A DNA stretch of 20,000 nucleotides from an uncultured Gemmatimonadota bacterium (GTDB taxonomy: Bacteria > Blakebacterota > Blakebacteria > Blakebacterales > Blakebacteraceae), in NCBI GenBank assembly GCA_964576115.1, contig CAZNUA010000005.1, positions 109,216 to 129,215 of the forward strand. The letters run 5' to 3'. Shown here piece by piece: positions 18,712 through 20,000 of this stretch. The notes beneath the pieces were generated by a model. It ran no database searches. It saw only the letters and a program-made list of their open reading frames with translations, and was not told the DNA's origin. The position numbers and the translations under genes were made by a program. The first letter of the stretch is position 1. Each line of letters opens with the position of its first letter.

Positions 18712-20000
18712 TCAGTCCTGACGCAGGGCCAGCGTTACAAACGTGCGTACACCGAAAGCCGTGGGTCCGATGCCGATCCACGGCTTCTCTTTCTTGTGCC
18801 ATTCGGTGCCGGCGATGTCGAGGTGCACCCACGGTACCTCGCCGACGAACTTTTCGAGCAGCTTGGCGGCGGTAACGGCGCCGGGGTGATCCTTGCCGGT
18901 GTTCCTCACGTCGGCGATATCCGATTGCACCAGCTCGTCGTACTCCGGGTCCATCGGCAGCTGCCAGACTTTCTCGCCCCGGGCCAGAGCAACCTCGCGA
19001 ACGGTATCGGCCCAGGTCTGGTCATTCGACATCAGTCCGGCATAGACGTGTCCCAGAGAGACGACGCACGACCCGGTGAGGGTGGCGATATCCACGATCG
19101 CGGCCGGTTTCTGTTTCACCGCCCAGGCCAGGGCGTCGGCCAGGATGAGTCGACCCTCGGCGTCGGTATTGAGGATCTCGATGGTCGTGCCGCTGAAGGT
19201 CCTGATTACGTCGCCGGGGCGGGTGGCGGTGCCCGAGGGCATGTTCTCACAGGTCGGCACGATACCGAGCACCGGGCGGGCGGGTTTGAGCCGGCCGATC
19301 GCGCTCATGGCTCCGATGACCGCCGCGGCCCCGGCCATATCGGCCTTCATCTCCTCCATCCCTTTGCCCGGTTTGATCGAGATGCCACCCGAGTCGAACG
19401 TGATGCCCTTGCCGACCAGAGCCAGGGGTGCCCGGCGGGAGCGTGCGCCGGGGGGTGTGTAGCGCATGACGATGAAGCGCGGTGGTTTGGCGCTGCCGGC
19501 CGTGACCGCCAGCAGTCCGCCGAAACCGTGTTCCTCGATCTGCTTGCGGTTCCAGACGGTGACTCCCAATTCGGCCTCCCGGCCGGCCCGACGGGCTTCG
19601 GTGGCCAGCCGGGCGGGAGTCATGAGATTGCCCGGCTCGTTGACGAGGCGGCGGGTCAGGATCATCGCTTCGGCCACGATCTCGCCGCGCTCGGCGGCGG
19701 TTCGCAGGGTCCGGGTAACCGGGCCCGAGAAAAGAAGGGTCAGGGCCGTAAAGGGGCCGCGGTACGGGTCTTTCGACGTCTTCGTGCCGGTCCGGTGAGC
19801 ACCGATTCCCCCCGGTCCGATCAGAAATCCCTCCACTCCGGCCTGGACGGCGTCGGCGCTGTGCAGGGTCTCGGGCACGATGACCCCGACGCGCTTCGTG
19901 TCAGTGCGGGCCAGGGCCCGGGCGGCGGTCCCGCAGAGCCGGCGCAGCGACTCGGTCGAGGCCTTTTCGGCCGGACCGAGACCCACGATCAGGAGCTTGC
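18712..20000 (-). CDS. pepA: Leucyl aminopeptidase, M17 family (5'-truncated by window edge)
   Basis: RRLVNEPGN, VGKGITFDSGGISIK, MKADMAG, ENMPSG, NTDAEGRLILAD, DIATLTG, WVHLDIAG. The frame is open to the window end (KLLIVGLG). Confidence 0.96.
   Translation of the reverse strand, partial: KLLIVGLGPAEKASTESLRRLCGTAARALARTDTKRVGVIVPETLHSADAVQAGVEGFLIGPGGIGAHRTGTKTSKDPYRGPFTALTLLFSGPVTRTLRTAAERGEIVAEAMILTRRLVNEPGNLMTPARLATEARRAGREAELGVTVWNRKQIEEHGFGGLLAVTAGSAKPPRFIVMRYTPPGARSRRAPLALVGKGITFDSGGISIKPGKGMEEMKADMAGAAAVIGAMSAIGRLKPARPVLGIVPTCENMPSGTATRPGDVIRTFSGTTIEILNTDAEGRLILADALAWAVKQKPAAIVDIATLTGSCVVSLGHVYAGLMSNDQTWADTVREVALARGEKVWQLPMDPEYDELVQSDIADVRNTGKDHPGAVTAAKLLEKFVGEVPWVHLDIAGTEWHKKEKPWIGIGPTAFGVRTFVTLALRQD

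Overview
GC-rich bacterial chromosomal window, densely coding and almost entirely housekeeping. The diderm FCB-like gene content (Gemmatimonadota/Latescibacterota-type) is my inference only. Gene order: partial PilT/PilU ATPase, accC, gcvH, gcvPA, gcvPB, Ig-like lipoprotein, dapF (+); two COG1149 MinD-type 4Fe-4S ATPases and a stand-alone cNMP-binding protein (-); GuaB3-type IMP dehydrogenase and an RNase Z-like MBL hydrolase (+); rpsT (-); a 975-aa secreted gluzincin + PD40 propeller + Omp85-like barrel fusion (+); poly(A) polymerase PcnB with a ~290-aa repeat-built disordered tail (+); partial leucyl aminopeptidase (-). I see no mobile element, CRISPR, tRNA or rRNA, and I cannot demonstrate a clearly new system. 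The best leads are the POTRA-less protease-propeller-Omp85 fusion with a degenerate VRGF motif, the tandem-repeat tail and unusual start region of PcnB, a cNMP-binding protein coupled to an Fe-S ATPase pair with a Cys-to-His cluster ligand change, and putative switch-like RNA structures upstream of guaB3 and gcvH.
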